Shown one piece after another: positions 24,486 through 37,000 of a stretch of DNA of 64,000 nucleotides. Numbering within the stretch: the first letter of the stretch is position 1; each line of letters starts with the position of its first letter. Under the pieces are notes generated by a model. It saw only the letters and a list, made by a program, of their open reading frames with translations. It made no database searches and was not told where the DNA came from. The stretch lies in contig OZ024743.1 in assembly GCA_964016885.1 (NCBI GenBank), positions 344,472,001 through 344,536,000 on the forward strand, given 5' to 3'. Origin of the DNA: Eledone cirrhosa. Lineage: Eukaryota. A program made the translations under genes and the position numbers.

Positions 24486-27400
24486 ATGGCTGGTTTACGA
24501 GTTGGAACCGTGAATGTGCGTGGCCTAGGGATGCCCTGGAAACAGGGCCAACTTTTAAACGACCTTAGGTCACACAGTATGGATGTGATAGCCATCACCG
24601 AGTCCAGAATCCACAACAGGCAGCAACTAACCCCCATCTTCGACGACTTTGAGATCTACGCATCTCTCTGTCAGCCAGGAGGTGGAGGTGGAGTGGCTGT
24701 TATGTTTCGGAAGAACCTGGACGTCGGAGTACAGCAAGTACACTTGGACCCGGAGGGTAGACTGGTAGTCCTAGACGTGAACAGTATCGGAGGTGGAGCC
24801 TTCAGACTGGTGGCCGTTTATGCTCCGACCGGGCAATCGCAATCACGGCCAGACTTCTTTAAGCGTCTAGAGTCTTTTCTGGGAACGTCTCGCTCCTTAC
24901 TTTTAGTGGGGGACTGGAATGGTATCCTAGATGCACGATGGGACTATGTGGGAGCATGTCCCAGTAGAGCGGGGTGCAACAGCCTCAAAACTTTAATCGG
25001 CCAATTCCAACTGGCCGATAGGTATCGACTGGATTTCCCGACTGCACCACAGTGGACGTGGGTAAACCGCAGTGGGACATCTAGATCGTATTTAGATAGG
25101 TTCTTCATTAGAGAAAGGGACAAGGATATGTTAAGCTGTCCACGAATGCACATGGTTGCCTATTCAGATCACAAGTTAGTCGTCTGCTTAGTCAACCGTG
25201 ATAGAATACATAGACAGGGTCCCGGATACTGGAAGCTGAACGTGTCGTTGCCGGCACGTAAATCTTACAGTGAACGGATAAGTAAACTAGTCAAGCAACA
25301 GTTAACGGGAGCCATCGTCAACAATAGATGGTGGTACTCTCTCAAGAAAGCAATTAGAATAGAATCGATAGGGTATAGCAGAGAGTTAGCCTTAGAGAAA
25401 AACAGAATAGAAAGAGAACTAGTAGCCAAGGTAGAGGAGGCACTTAGAAGTGGCAACGCGGCTAGAGTGTTAGCGTCGAGAACGGCACTGGACCAGTTCT
25501 TCGATGCGAAACACGAAGGCTGCGTGGTCAGAAGCAAAACACGTGCTCTAGGAAACGAAGGAGCGAAAGCTGTCAGCTGGGCCCGAGTGGCGGAGGCAAA
25601 AAGTGGCAACAAGTCCACGATTCGGTCTTTGAAAGACCAAAACGGACGCGTGCTACTTGACCCCAAGCAAATGTGCGCGGCCTTTCAGCGGCACTTTGCG
25701 CGACTGTTTGAGCAGAACGACGGTGAGCCCAACGGGGCAATGGACTTTAGTTCATACCTCGACGGCCTGCCGCGTCTCTCGAACACGGACGCCGAGTTCT
25801 GCGAAAGACCGATCACAGACACTGAGATACGGGACGCTCTGGGCCGCTGCGGGAAACGCAAGTCACCCGGTCTAGATGGTCTACCCTACGAATTTTACAT
25901 AGGCATGCCGGACTTGTTCTCTGGCGTCCTCGAAGCCGTCTACTGCAATTGGCAGCAGAACGGGAGAATTCCCAGTTCTGCAGGCAAGGGCGTAGTAACG
26001 CTGATCAGGAAAGACGAGAACAAGGGGGACGAAATTAACAACTTCAGGCCCATAACTCTGCTCAACACAGAGTTAAAGATTTTGGCCAAGGTGCTAGCGA
26101 CGAGGTTGGCGCTTGTCGTCGAGAACCTGGTAGGGAAAGCGCAAACGTGTGCAATCCCGACCAGGTCCATACACGACAACCTCCACCTCATGCGATACAT
26201 CATAGAGAGGGTGGGTAGTAAACCCGGCTTCGGTGGGGCTCTGATCAACTTGGATCAGTCTAAGGCATTCGATAGGGTTGACCATCGATACTTGGAAGCG
26301 GTTCTCAAGGCGGCCGGTTTCGGTCCCGTGTTCAGAGGATGGATCGAGGCGATGCACACCAGCATCTGCTCGAGGGTCAAGGTGAACGGCTACCTATCGG
26401 AGCCGTTCGCAATCACGCGTTCCATTCGACAGGGATGCCCTCTCTCCTCCATTCTGTATGTATTGACTCTAGAGCCACTACTGCGGAAATTGGAGCTGTT
26501 GCAGGGCATCCCCTAGAACCGGGACTGCGCAAAGCGGCGTCGGCTTATGCCGACGACGTGACAGTAATGGTGTCGAGCACCTCGGAAATCGGGGTGATCG
26601 GCAACATACTGAAAGAATACGAAACGCTGACGGGAGCAAAACTAAACCCAGACAAGTCTGTCGGTTTGCAACTCGGTACGTGGAGAGGCAAACCGATGAC
26701 ATCCGACAGCGTCGTTGGACGCTGGACGGACGGACCGGTGAAATTGCTCGGGGTCTGGTTCGGTCCAGACCTCCAGGTGGAGAAAAACTGGAACGAGGTC
26801 ACGGCCAAGGTGTTTGCACTCACTCAGAAGTGGGCAGAGTGCAAACTGTCCTTGAAAGGTCGAGCGGAGGTGGCGAAAACTTTCATAGCGTCCGTCATCT
26901 ACTACCGCTTGACTGTCGTGCCTTGTCCCCGTGAACACCTCGCCAAGATGGAACGCATGCTCTTCCAGTTTCTGTGGAAGAAGCAGGCTCCGCTGGTGAG
27001 GAGATCCGTCTGCTGTCAGCACCCTTCCAACGGAGGGCTGGGAATGCCGTGGCTGATGATGCGCAAACATGCGCTGAGGCTGCGGCATCTCCAGGTATTC
27101 CTCACCGATCCCCAACCGGCGTGGGCACCGTTTGTGAGACAGGCTTTCCCACAGCTCGTCTCGCTAACGGAGCTGCAGTCCTGGGTGAAGAAAAGACCGA
27201 AAACGATGGGCGCCTGGCACATTGAATGCGCTCAGGCGCTCACAGTCCTCTGGCAAGCGGGCGCAGCAATCAGTGGAGACTCCACTTCGACATTCTATAG
27301 AGGGATTGTACGTTACAAGGGCGACGACGTGCTCGGAGAGTCTCTGGGCGTCGAAGACGATGAGCTCACCAGTATGTTTGGTAGGACTTTCCGCCCGGGA

Positions 27401-27931
27401 CCTATGGACAACTTCCAGAGGTCCCTGGCCTGGCAGTGCTACCGAGGAGCTCTACCGGTTCATGACAAGATCTACAGGCACGGACGCCCTGGCAGGGATC
27501 CTTCCAAGAGGACGTGTCCAAGATGTGCGCAGGACATTGAAACAGTTCTGCACGCAATTGTACACTGCCCGGGCGTAAGCGACCTGTGGAACTATGCAGA
27601 ACAACTGCTGTCGCGTATGGGACAAATACAGTTGACTGCCGAGTCCATAGTAAGGATCAAACCGCCAGACTCTTTCAAAAACGAAAGAGAGGCGGTTTTC
27701 CTCTGTACGGTGGCTATGGTGAAAGAAGTTATATGGTGGACGAGGTTGAGAGGACTGAGGACAGATGCCTTTCTCTCCGGACAACAATTGATTCCATTCT
27801 TTAAGTATCACTTTAGAAGGAGAATCAGGGTGGAGAGAGAGGCACTGCACCCCAGTAAATTTACTGAAAGGTGGGTGAATGAAGCGAAAATGGCCCGAGT
27901 GATTGGGCCTTCTCTGTTTATAAGCCTGTAG
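24486..27931 (+). pseudogene. ORF2 (APE-RT) with a single frameshift
   Basis: ORFs 24486-26516 and 26339-27931 join at a 1 nt deletion in the C-run near 26512. Confidence 0.92.
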
Positions 27932-28164
27932 GTTGAGGAAGAGAGCAAAAGGAAGAAAGGAGCACTTGCACAACACGCTCCTTGAGTTGAGGGTTGTTCT
28001 ATCGACGGGGTATTAAACAACCCATTTGTGGCGCCTCCCCCCTATTGGGGATTTCGATTGTTGAAATTGTTTGTTTTTATATTTTTTACACGACTGTATG
28101 TAAAATCCCCGGCATGTCTTTGTATTGTCCCCTTTCTTGTTGCGCCCTTGTGGCTAATAAAGAA

Positions 28165-28260
<96 letters not shown>

Positions 28261-28465
28261 CTGGGATGGACACACGCGTATAACTTGCTGAGTAAGTTCT
28301 ATAGAAATTCTTGTCTGATAACTTTAATTTTTGTACCATTTTGTAGAGGGACTGCCAGGTCAAACTTTGATCTGGTCAGTCTCTCAAAATATTCTACGCC
28401 TTTAGGCGAAATAGTTAAACAAAAAAAAAAAGTTTTTTCTTGTTGAAAAGTCAATATTTTTTTAA

Positions 28466-30254
28466 ATGGCCGAAGCTTCTTCACCAAAATTCGAAGGAGG
28501 AAAGGGGAAGATGAACTTACAGCTTCCCCCTGCCACTGTCACAGTAGCAGAGGTCAAGAAGAAAGGTCAGCCAGAGGAAGAATTCTCTCCACCTGTTAAC
28601 CGACAACTTGACGTTGCCATGGCAACAACTCAAAGAACCAGCAGCAACAGCAACAACAACAATGCGACGGACGAAAACAACACCAATAACAATAACAATA
28701 ACAACAACAAGACCAATAACGGTGACAACAACAACAATGATAACAACAACACCACCAACGACAACAACAACACAAACAAACAAAATTTCTCCTTCGCCGA
28801 GACGACAAGGAAAACCCTCGACTATCTGCCAGTAGATATAACAAAAGCGAAGGAGCTACTGGCGGATGCGAAAAAATATATAGTGTACGGGGAAAATGGT
28901 TCATTCACAATCCATTCCCCCCCGGAACTAAAAAGCCAGAGACTCCTAAACACGGTCATGTTTAGGACAATCTCGAACAAAAGTAAAAAACCAGCTCAAC
29001 CATCACAGAGCGAGATAGAGCTGGTTTTAAAAGACGTCATGAAGGACATCACCTTCATTCAGAAGGATAGACTCTACGGGAGTCTATCCATTCTCATGAA
29101 GGACAGGGACACAGCAGTGAAACTGTCCATCAAACCAATCACATCCACCGCATACACCTTCTACCCTACGTACATGGGTAGAAGAACACAAAAAATAAAA
29201 ATCCACACCATCCTGCCGATTATGGACATATGGTGGGTTTTGACAGGTTTTCTGGACCTGGAGGATGACATGCTGGTGTCCATGGGAAAGACATCGGGTG
29301 ACGCGTTCAGTGGAACGAGCCTCGAACTTGTAGTTCAAATGAGGCCCGAAAGGATCGCCCAGATCCCTGAACGCGTCATACTGGATGATCTAACCTTCAT
29401 CAACATTACCGTTGAGGGTAGACGGCCCTCGTGTTACCTCTGCGGAACCAGAGGTCACCTGAGGGCTGTCTGTCCCCAACTTAATAAGAAAACCCCAATC
29501 CTGCCTACACCACCAACAACTGCACAACCAACACAATCACCACAACTACCACTACAAAAACAACCACCACAGCTCAAACCAAAACAAAACAATGTCCAAC
29601 CCATCCCCTCCACTCAAAAAACAAAAACAATTTCCAAAACACCCGTACCGCAAACACAACCCGAAAATATACCCCTCCCCTCCAACGCGGAAGATGACCC
29701 TAGTTCGTCGTCAGACGAGGAGGAGCACTTCCACACAATCAAAAGAAAAAAAAAGAAAACACACCTCAGACACACAAATGAAAAAAAACCCTCCCCAAAA
29801 CATAACACTGACACCAACACAAAAGAGCTCACAACAACAGCAAACAAAAAACACCACACAAAAACAAAAACATGCATACACATACATAAATACAAGAAAC
29901 AAAAAACTGTTAAACATTGTGTACAACAACAATCTAATAAAAACACAAGGGCCTAACTTCACCCAGGCAGGGGATTTCCCCCACCTCAAAATGATTAAGG
30001 CCCCACAGGACACCTATAAAACTTTAAAAAACAATTTTAAAGAGGACGTGGGTCCCCCCTGCGTCGGGCCCATTAACCGCGTCCTCCTAAAAAACTATCC
30101 CACCCCCTCCCCAAACACCCTCACAACTCCAAGCTCCCCAACCACACAACACACTGATGCCCCCACACTTCCACAAACCACCACCCCACCCAACAACCCA
30201 TCCCCCACCCTAATGGAAATTGTGCAGCCCGATACCCGGGACGCAGAGAGGTAA
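28466..30254 (+). pseudogene. ORF1p with one extra A near 29750
   Basis: A9 run versus A8 in copy 1. The C-terminus (..DAER*) is in ORF 29592-30254. Confidence 0.88.
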
Positions 30255-30278
30255 GTGCCTTTTCTCTTCACCACCAAC

Positions 30279-33200
30279 ATGGCTATGCTAAGAGTAGGCT
30301 GTTTAAATGCGCGTGGCCTGGGCTCAACTTGGAAGCAAGCAATGCTTCTAAATGACCTCAGGTCACAACGTATAGATGTGATGGTTATTTGCGAGGCCCG
30401 GATCAGCAACGTGCGACAGCTGGCCCCCACCTTTGATGACTTTGAGATGCACGCATCTCTCTGTCAGCCCGGAGGTGGGGGTGGAGTTGTCGTTCTGCTG
30501 CAAAAACATCTGGGTCTCGCAACACAGATGGTACATTTGGACCCGGAGGGTCGACTAGTGGTTCTGGACCTTGGCAGTGGTAAAGGCGGAGCGTTTAGGT
30601 TGGTAGCCGCCTACGGCCCTTTCGGGTCAATGCGGCCGGACTTCTTCCATCGTCTGGAGACTTTTCTGGGGACGTCCCGCTCCTTGCTATTAGTGGGGGA
30701 CTGGAATGGTATCCTAGATGCACGCTGGGACTACGTAGGGGCCTGCCCCGATAGAGAGGGGTGTAATAGCCTCAAAGGGTTAATCGGTCGATTTGACCTG
30801 GCCGATAGATATCGACTAGATTTTCCGACTGCGCCAACCTGGACTTGGGCAAATCGTAGCGGATCATCTAGGTCGTACCTAGATAGGTTCTTAGTTAGAA
30901 TTAAGGATAAGGACTTTTTAAGTTGTCCAAAAATGCGCATTGTTGGCTATTCAGACCACAAATTAGTGACCTGCATGGTCAACCTTGACAGAACTCATAG
31001 ATAGGGCCCCGGTTACTGGAAGCTCAACTTGTCCTTGCCGGCAAGTAGAGCCTACAGGAATCGGATTAGTACGTTAGTTAAGGAACGGTTGACTGGAGCG
31101 ATCGTCAACAGCAGGTGGTGGGTATCTCTAAAGAGAGAGATTAGAGTAGTCTCGATTGAATTTAGTAAGGTTCTAGCTGCGGATAGGAATAGGAAGGAAA
31201 GGGAGCTAATAGATAGAGTAGAAGAGGCAATTAGAAGCGGCGACGTGGCCAGAGTGCTAGCGTCGAGAACGGCTTTGAGCCAGTTTTTCGACGCGAAGCA
31301 CGAAGGCTGCGTTGTCCGAAGTAAAATACGTGCTCTAGGGAACGAGGGGGCCAAAGCTGTTAGCTGGGCCCGCGTGACAGAGGCCAACAGTGGAACTAAA
31401 TCCACCATCCGGTCTTTGCGAGACCTGGATGGACGGGCGATTCTTGAGCCTAAGCAGATGTGTGAGGCCTTTCAAAGGCACTTTGCCCGACTGTTCGGGA
31501 GGGGCGGGGAGCCGGTTGGGAACGTGGACTTCGGTCCATACCTCGACGGCCTGCCGCGCCTCTCGGACAGGGAGGCGAAGTCCTGCGAGGAGCCGATTTC
31601 GGCCGCTGAGATAGAGGACGTGCTGAGCCAATGCGGCAAACGCAAATCCCCGGGTCTCGATGGTCTTCCTTACGAATTATATCTAGCTATGCCGGACTTG
31701 TTCCCCGATCTCCTCGAGGCGGTCTACTGCAACTGGCAACAGAACGGGAGAATTCCCTGTACTGTGACCAAGGGCGTAGTCACGCTAGTGAGGAAGGACG
31801 AGAACAAGGGGGACGAAATAAGTAACTTCAGGCCCATAACACTGCTAAATACAGAGTTACAGATTTTGGCCAAGGTGCTAGCAAAGAGGTTGGCGCTTGT
31901 CGTGGGCAACCTGGTGGGAGATGCGCAGACATGCGCTATCCCGTCCAGGTCCATCCATGACAACCTCCACCTCATGCGATACATCATAGAGAGGGTTGGG
32001 AACGAACCCGGCTTTGGTGGGGCTCTGATCAACTTGGATCAATCTAAGGCGTTCGATAGGGTCGACCATGGTTACCTGGATGCGGTGCTAGCGGCGGCAG
32101 GCTTCGGACCCGTTTTCAGGGGCTGGATCACTGCTATGCACAGCAGCCGCATCTGCTCTAGGGTCAAGGTGAACGGCTACCTCTCGGAGCCGTTCAAAAT
32201 CGCGCGGTCCATCCGACAAGGGTGCCCTCTCTCCTCCCTTCTGTATGTGTTGACTCTCGAGCCACTACTGCGGAAGTTGGAGTTGTTGCAGGGCATCCCT
32301 TTGGAACCGGGATTGCGGAAAGCGGTGTCGGCCTACGCCGATGACGTGACAGTAATGGTGTCGACGGCCTCCGAAATCGAGGCGGTCGGCACCTTACTGG
32401 AGGAGTACGAAAAGTTCACAGGGGCTAAGCTGAACCGGGACAAGTCGATCGGTTTGCAACTCGGCACGTGGAGGAGCAGACCGATGCCCTCCGATAGCGT
32501 CGTCGGACGCTGGACGGAGGGCCCGGTGAAGTTGCTCGGGGTCTGGTTCGGACCGGACCTCCAGGTGGAGAAAAACTGGGCGGAGGTTACGAACAGGGTG
32601 TTTGCACTGACCCAGAAGTGGGCCAGTTGCAAACTATCCCTGAAAGGTCGGGCGGAGGTGGCGAACACCTACATAGCGTCCGTCATCTACTACCGCCTGA
32701 CCGTAGTGCCCTGCCCAAGGGAAACCCTCACCAAGATGGAGCGCGCGCTCTTCCAATTCCTTTGGAAGAGGCGGGCTCCTATGGTGAGGAGATCCATCTG
32801 CTGTCAACACCCTTCGAAAGGAGGGCTGGGGATGCCGTGGCTAATGATGCGTAAACACGCATTAAGGCTACGGCACCTCTACGTATTCCTCACCGGACAA
32901 CCGGTGTGGGCCTCGTTTGTGAGACGAACCTTTCCCAGACTCGTCTCACTCACCGAGCTGCAATCCTGGGTCAAGCAAAGACCGAGAAAACTGGGCGCCT
33001 GGCACACTGAGTGTGCCCAGGCGCTCACCGCCCTCTGGCAGGCGGATCCGGTTATCAGTGGAGACTCCACCGCAACATTCTATAGAGGGCTGGTACGCAG
33101 CAGGTGCGACGACGCCCTCGAAGAAGCCCTAGACATGGAGGAGGACGAACTGGCCAGCCTGTTCGGTAGGACATTCAGCCCGGGACCTATGGACAACTTC

Positions 33201-33716
33201 CAGAAGTCCCTGGCCTGGCAGTGCTACCGAGGGGCTTTACCCGTTCGAGAAAGGCTCTACAGACACGGGCGCCCGGGTAGGGACCCCGCCAAAAAGATCT
33301 GTCCCAGATGCGTGTGCGACGAGGAAACCGTTGCACACGCATTAGTACACTGCTCGGGCGTAGCCGATCTGTGGGGCTATGTCGAACAACTGCTGTCAAG
33401 GGTGGGACCGATCCGGTTGACCACCGAGTCTATTGTAATGATCAAGCCGCCTCCCCCCTTCAAAGATGAAGCAGAGGCGGTGTTTCTGTGCGTAATAGCC
33501 ATGGCGAAAGAGGTTGTATGGTGGACGCGTCTGAAAGGACTGAGGTCGGGCACCTTTCTCTCTGGCCAACAACTGGTCCGTTTCTTCCGATATCATTTCG
33601 GAAGAAGGATCAGGATGGAGAGAGAGGTGCTGCACCCCAGCCGTTTCTATGAAAGATGGGTGAAAGTGGCGAGAATGGCCTGTGTGAATGGGCCTTCACT
33701 CTACATCAGACTATAG
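30279..33716 (+). pseudogene. ORF2 with one premature stop
   Basis: TAG at 31002-31004 (CAG in copy 1); the rest is open. Confidence 0.92.
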
Positions 33717-34017
33717 GTGAGGAAGATGAAAGACCAAGGGAGCACCCCTTCTCTGTGCTTCTGAGGAGAAGGGTTGCACACTTTTTTCGGGGGTGTGTGC
33801 GACCCCCCAAGGCGCCTCCTCTCTATTGAGGATTTTGTTAAAAATTTTATTTTTTGTTATATCTTATTTTATTTTTATATTTTGTTATTGCCTTCTCCTT
33901 ATTGAGGACGCCTTTTTGTGTAAACTCCCCCCTTTGTACTTGTCCCACTTTTGATGCCCTAGTGGCAAATAAAAGAAATATATCTATCTATCTATCTATC
34001 TTTCTATCTATCTATCT

Positions 34018-37000
34018 CTGTAATCTAGCTGTCGTCTGTTCGATAGCGTAGACGTAATTAACTTCGCGCAGAAGTTTTGTTCCAATTTATTGCGGAAATT
34101 TTGTAAGTTTAATTTTAATTTTGATACTATTGTGTAGCTTGACCCCCCGTCTGAACTGTCAGGCGGTGGGTCAGCTCATTTTCGCCCCTCCCAGGGGTGA
34201 AAAACCTGATTTAAAAAAATTTTGTTGCATAAAATTTCAATCGTCTGGGAGAAATGTTAAACGAAGCTAACGAAAATAGTGGTGGGGAGACAGCAGTAAG
34301 AGTTGTAAGCTCGCACGCTTTAGTCCCCCCCCCTTCCTTCCCAACTAACGTCATAGAGAAGGAAAGAAAAAATAAAATAAAAACAGACGAATGTGCGGAG
34401 AAAAATGTCCACGAAAACACAAATCTGGAGATTGATTCCAACAACAAAAAAAATTTTAAAGAATTGCATGACAATATTAATACCACAAACAAAGAAACAA
34501 CAAACACAAAAATAACATTTGAAAACAACAACATCATAACAGAAAGCAAAACAGACGACAAAGTCAACACCAATAACAACTCATTTGCACAAACAACAAA
34601 AAAATCTTTAACATACCTGAAAATATTTCAGATGTGGCACAAAGAATAAAAAACGCCAAACAATTCATAACTCAAGGGGAAAATGGAGCCTTGTCAGTAA
34701 AAATGCCCCAAGAACTCACCAAAGATATTGAAAGTCGGACGGACGTTTTCCGCACCATCAACAACATCTCAAAAAAGCCACAACAACCAACACAAGCAGA
34801 AATTAAAGCGGTACTTAGAGAAGTACTTAATGAAGCCACTTTCATAAGAAGAGACAGGCTCTAATGGAAGCCTAGCCATTATTATGAACAACGAATCGGC
34901 GGCAAAAAAAATATGCTTTGTCGCCGATTCGTTCGACAAATTTTACCCTTTATCCATCTTATATAGGTAAAAGAACTCAGCGCATATGGCTGGATGCGAT
35001 GATGCCAGATATGGACTACTGCTGGCTCATAGCTGGCTTCACCGATCCAGCGAATGACAACTGTGATTTCCATTGAGAAAACCACAGGCAATGCGTTCAG
35101 TGGAACAGGTATAGAATTTGTAGTGCAAATGAAGCCTGAACGCATTGCCCAAATACCCGACAGAATCCTATTAGAGGGCCACGGGTATATAAACATTAGC
35201 GTGGAGGGGAGAAGGCCGTCCTGTCATATCTGTGCAGGCAGAGGGCACCTGAAGGCGGCTTGTCCCCAACTCAACAAGAAGAAAACCCTGCTACAAACAC
35301 CAGCTCCACCACCACCACAACAGATAAACAAACAACAAACTCAGTCCCACCCAACCCGTCCCTCAGTAAAACTACACTACCACCACAGCACAAACAGACA
35401 CAACACATTGCCCAAAAACAAAACACAGTCCCACCCAACCCCTCACTCAATAAAACAACACAACCACCGCAGCCACAACACACAACACACTCTAACATAG
35501 TAACATCCATCTCCCCCACAAAGAAAACTAACACGGAAACATTACCAGCAAACATACCTCTTCCCTCCAACACTGAAGATAACCCAACGAATTCGGAGGA
35601 AGAAACGGAGTCCTTCAGACAGATTAAAAGGAAAAAAAGAAAACATGTGCAAAACACACAAGGCCAAACAGCCCCTACCCAAATGTCAACACAATCCAAC
35701 AAAACACAAAACACCCCTCCAGCAACAAACAAAACAAAACCTGCCCCCCCCCTCTTCGAAACACTCACACCATCCGAAAAAAAGACATTACACTATACTT
35801 AGATCAACAGAAACAATAATAAATTAAATGAACTTATAAACAATAACCCTTCGGTACAAACCGAAGAGGTAAACTTTGTTTCTTCAGAAAACTACCCACA
35901 TTTAAAATTAATAAAGATCCCAATGAACCTCTACCAAAAACTAAAAAAGGATTTTAAGGAGGACGTAGGACCACCCTCTGTCAAACCCATAAACCGCGTC
36001 CTCCTAAAAAGCTTTCCCTCTCCCCTTCCCCTCCCCAATACAACTCCAAACACCCCAACCCCACCACACACTGACGACCCCACACCACCACAAGACACCC
36101 CTTCACCCAACACCCCCGACCCCATGGAAGTCGTGCGATCCGAACCCCGGGAAGCAGAAAGGTAGGTCTCTACACTCTCCTTTGGTTTGCCGCCCACATG
36201 GATGTGTTAAGAGTAGGATGTTTGAATACACGTGGCCTGGGCTCAACTTGGAAGCAAGCAAAGCTTCTAAATGACCTCAGGTCACGTGGTATAAATGTAA
36301 TGGTTATCTGTGAGACTCGGATCAGCGTCGTGCGGCAGCTGGCCCCTACCTTTGAGGACTTTGAGGTGCACGCATCTCTCTGTCAACCTGGAGGTGGGGG
36401 TGAGGTTGTCGTACTGCTGGAAAAACACCTGGGTCTCGCCGTACAGGTTATTCACTCGGACCCGGAAGGTCGTTTGTTGGTGCTAGACGTTGGCAGTAGT
36501 GGAGGTGCGGCCTTGAGACTGGTCGCCGTCTACACCCCTTTCGGAGCTGAACGACCCGACTTCTTCCAGCGTCTGGAGACTTTTCTGGGAACGTCGCGTT
36601 CCCTGTTTCTAGCAGGGGACTGGAATGATATCCTAGATGCACGTTGGGACTATGCAGGAGCATGTCCTAATAGAGGGGGTGTAACAGCCTCCAGGGGTTA
36701 CTCGACCGTTTTAACTTGGTCGATAGATATCGACTAGATTTTCCAACTGTGCCAACCTGGACTTGGACGAACCATAGTGGTCAATCTAGATCGTACTTAG
36801 ATAGATTCTGAGTTAGAAGTAAGGATAGGGACATATTAAGCTGTCCAGAAATGCTCACGGTTGGCTATACAGATCACAAATTAGTGACCTGCGTAGTCAA
36901 CATCGAGAGAACACATAGACAGGGTCCCGGTTACTGGAAACTTAATTTGTCTTTACCGGCAAAAGATGCTTACAGAGACCGGATTAGCAGATTAGTTAAG

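Larger units (their letters stand above)
22387..28165 (+). mobile_element. Full-length Tx1-like LINE, family C
   Basis: Same architecture. Bounded by (TATC)n. Confidence 0.94.
28260..33980 (+). mobile_element. Full-length Tx1-like LINE, family A copy 2
   Basis: Nearly identical to 9921-15657 with the same 5' end (TCTGGGATGG) but different neighbours. Confidence 0.95.
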
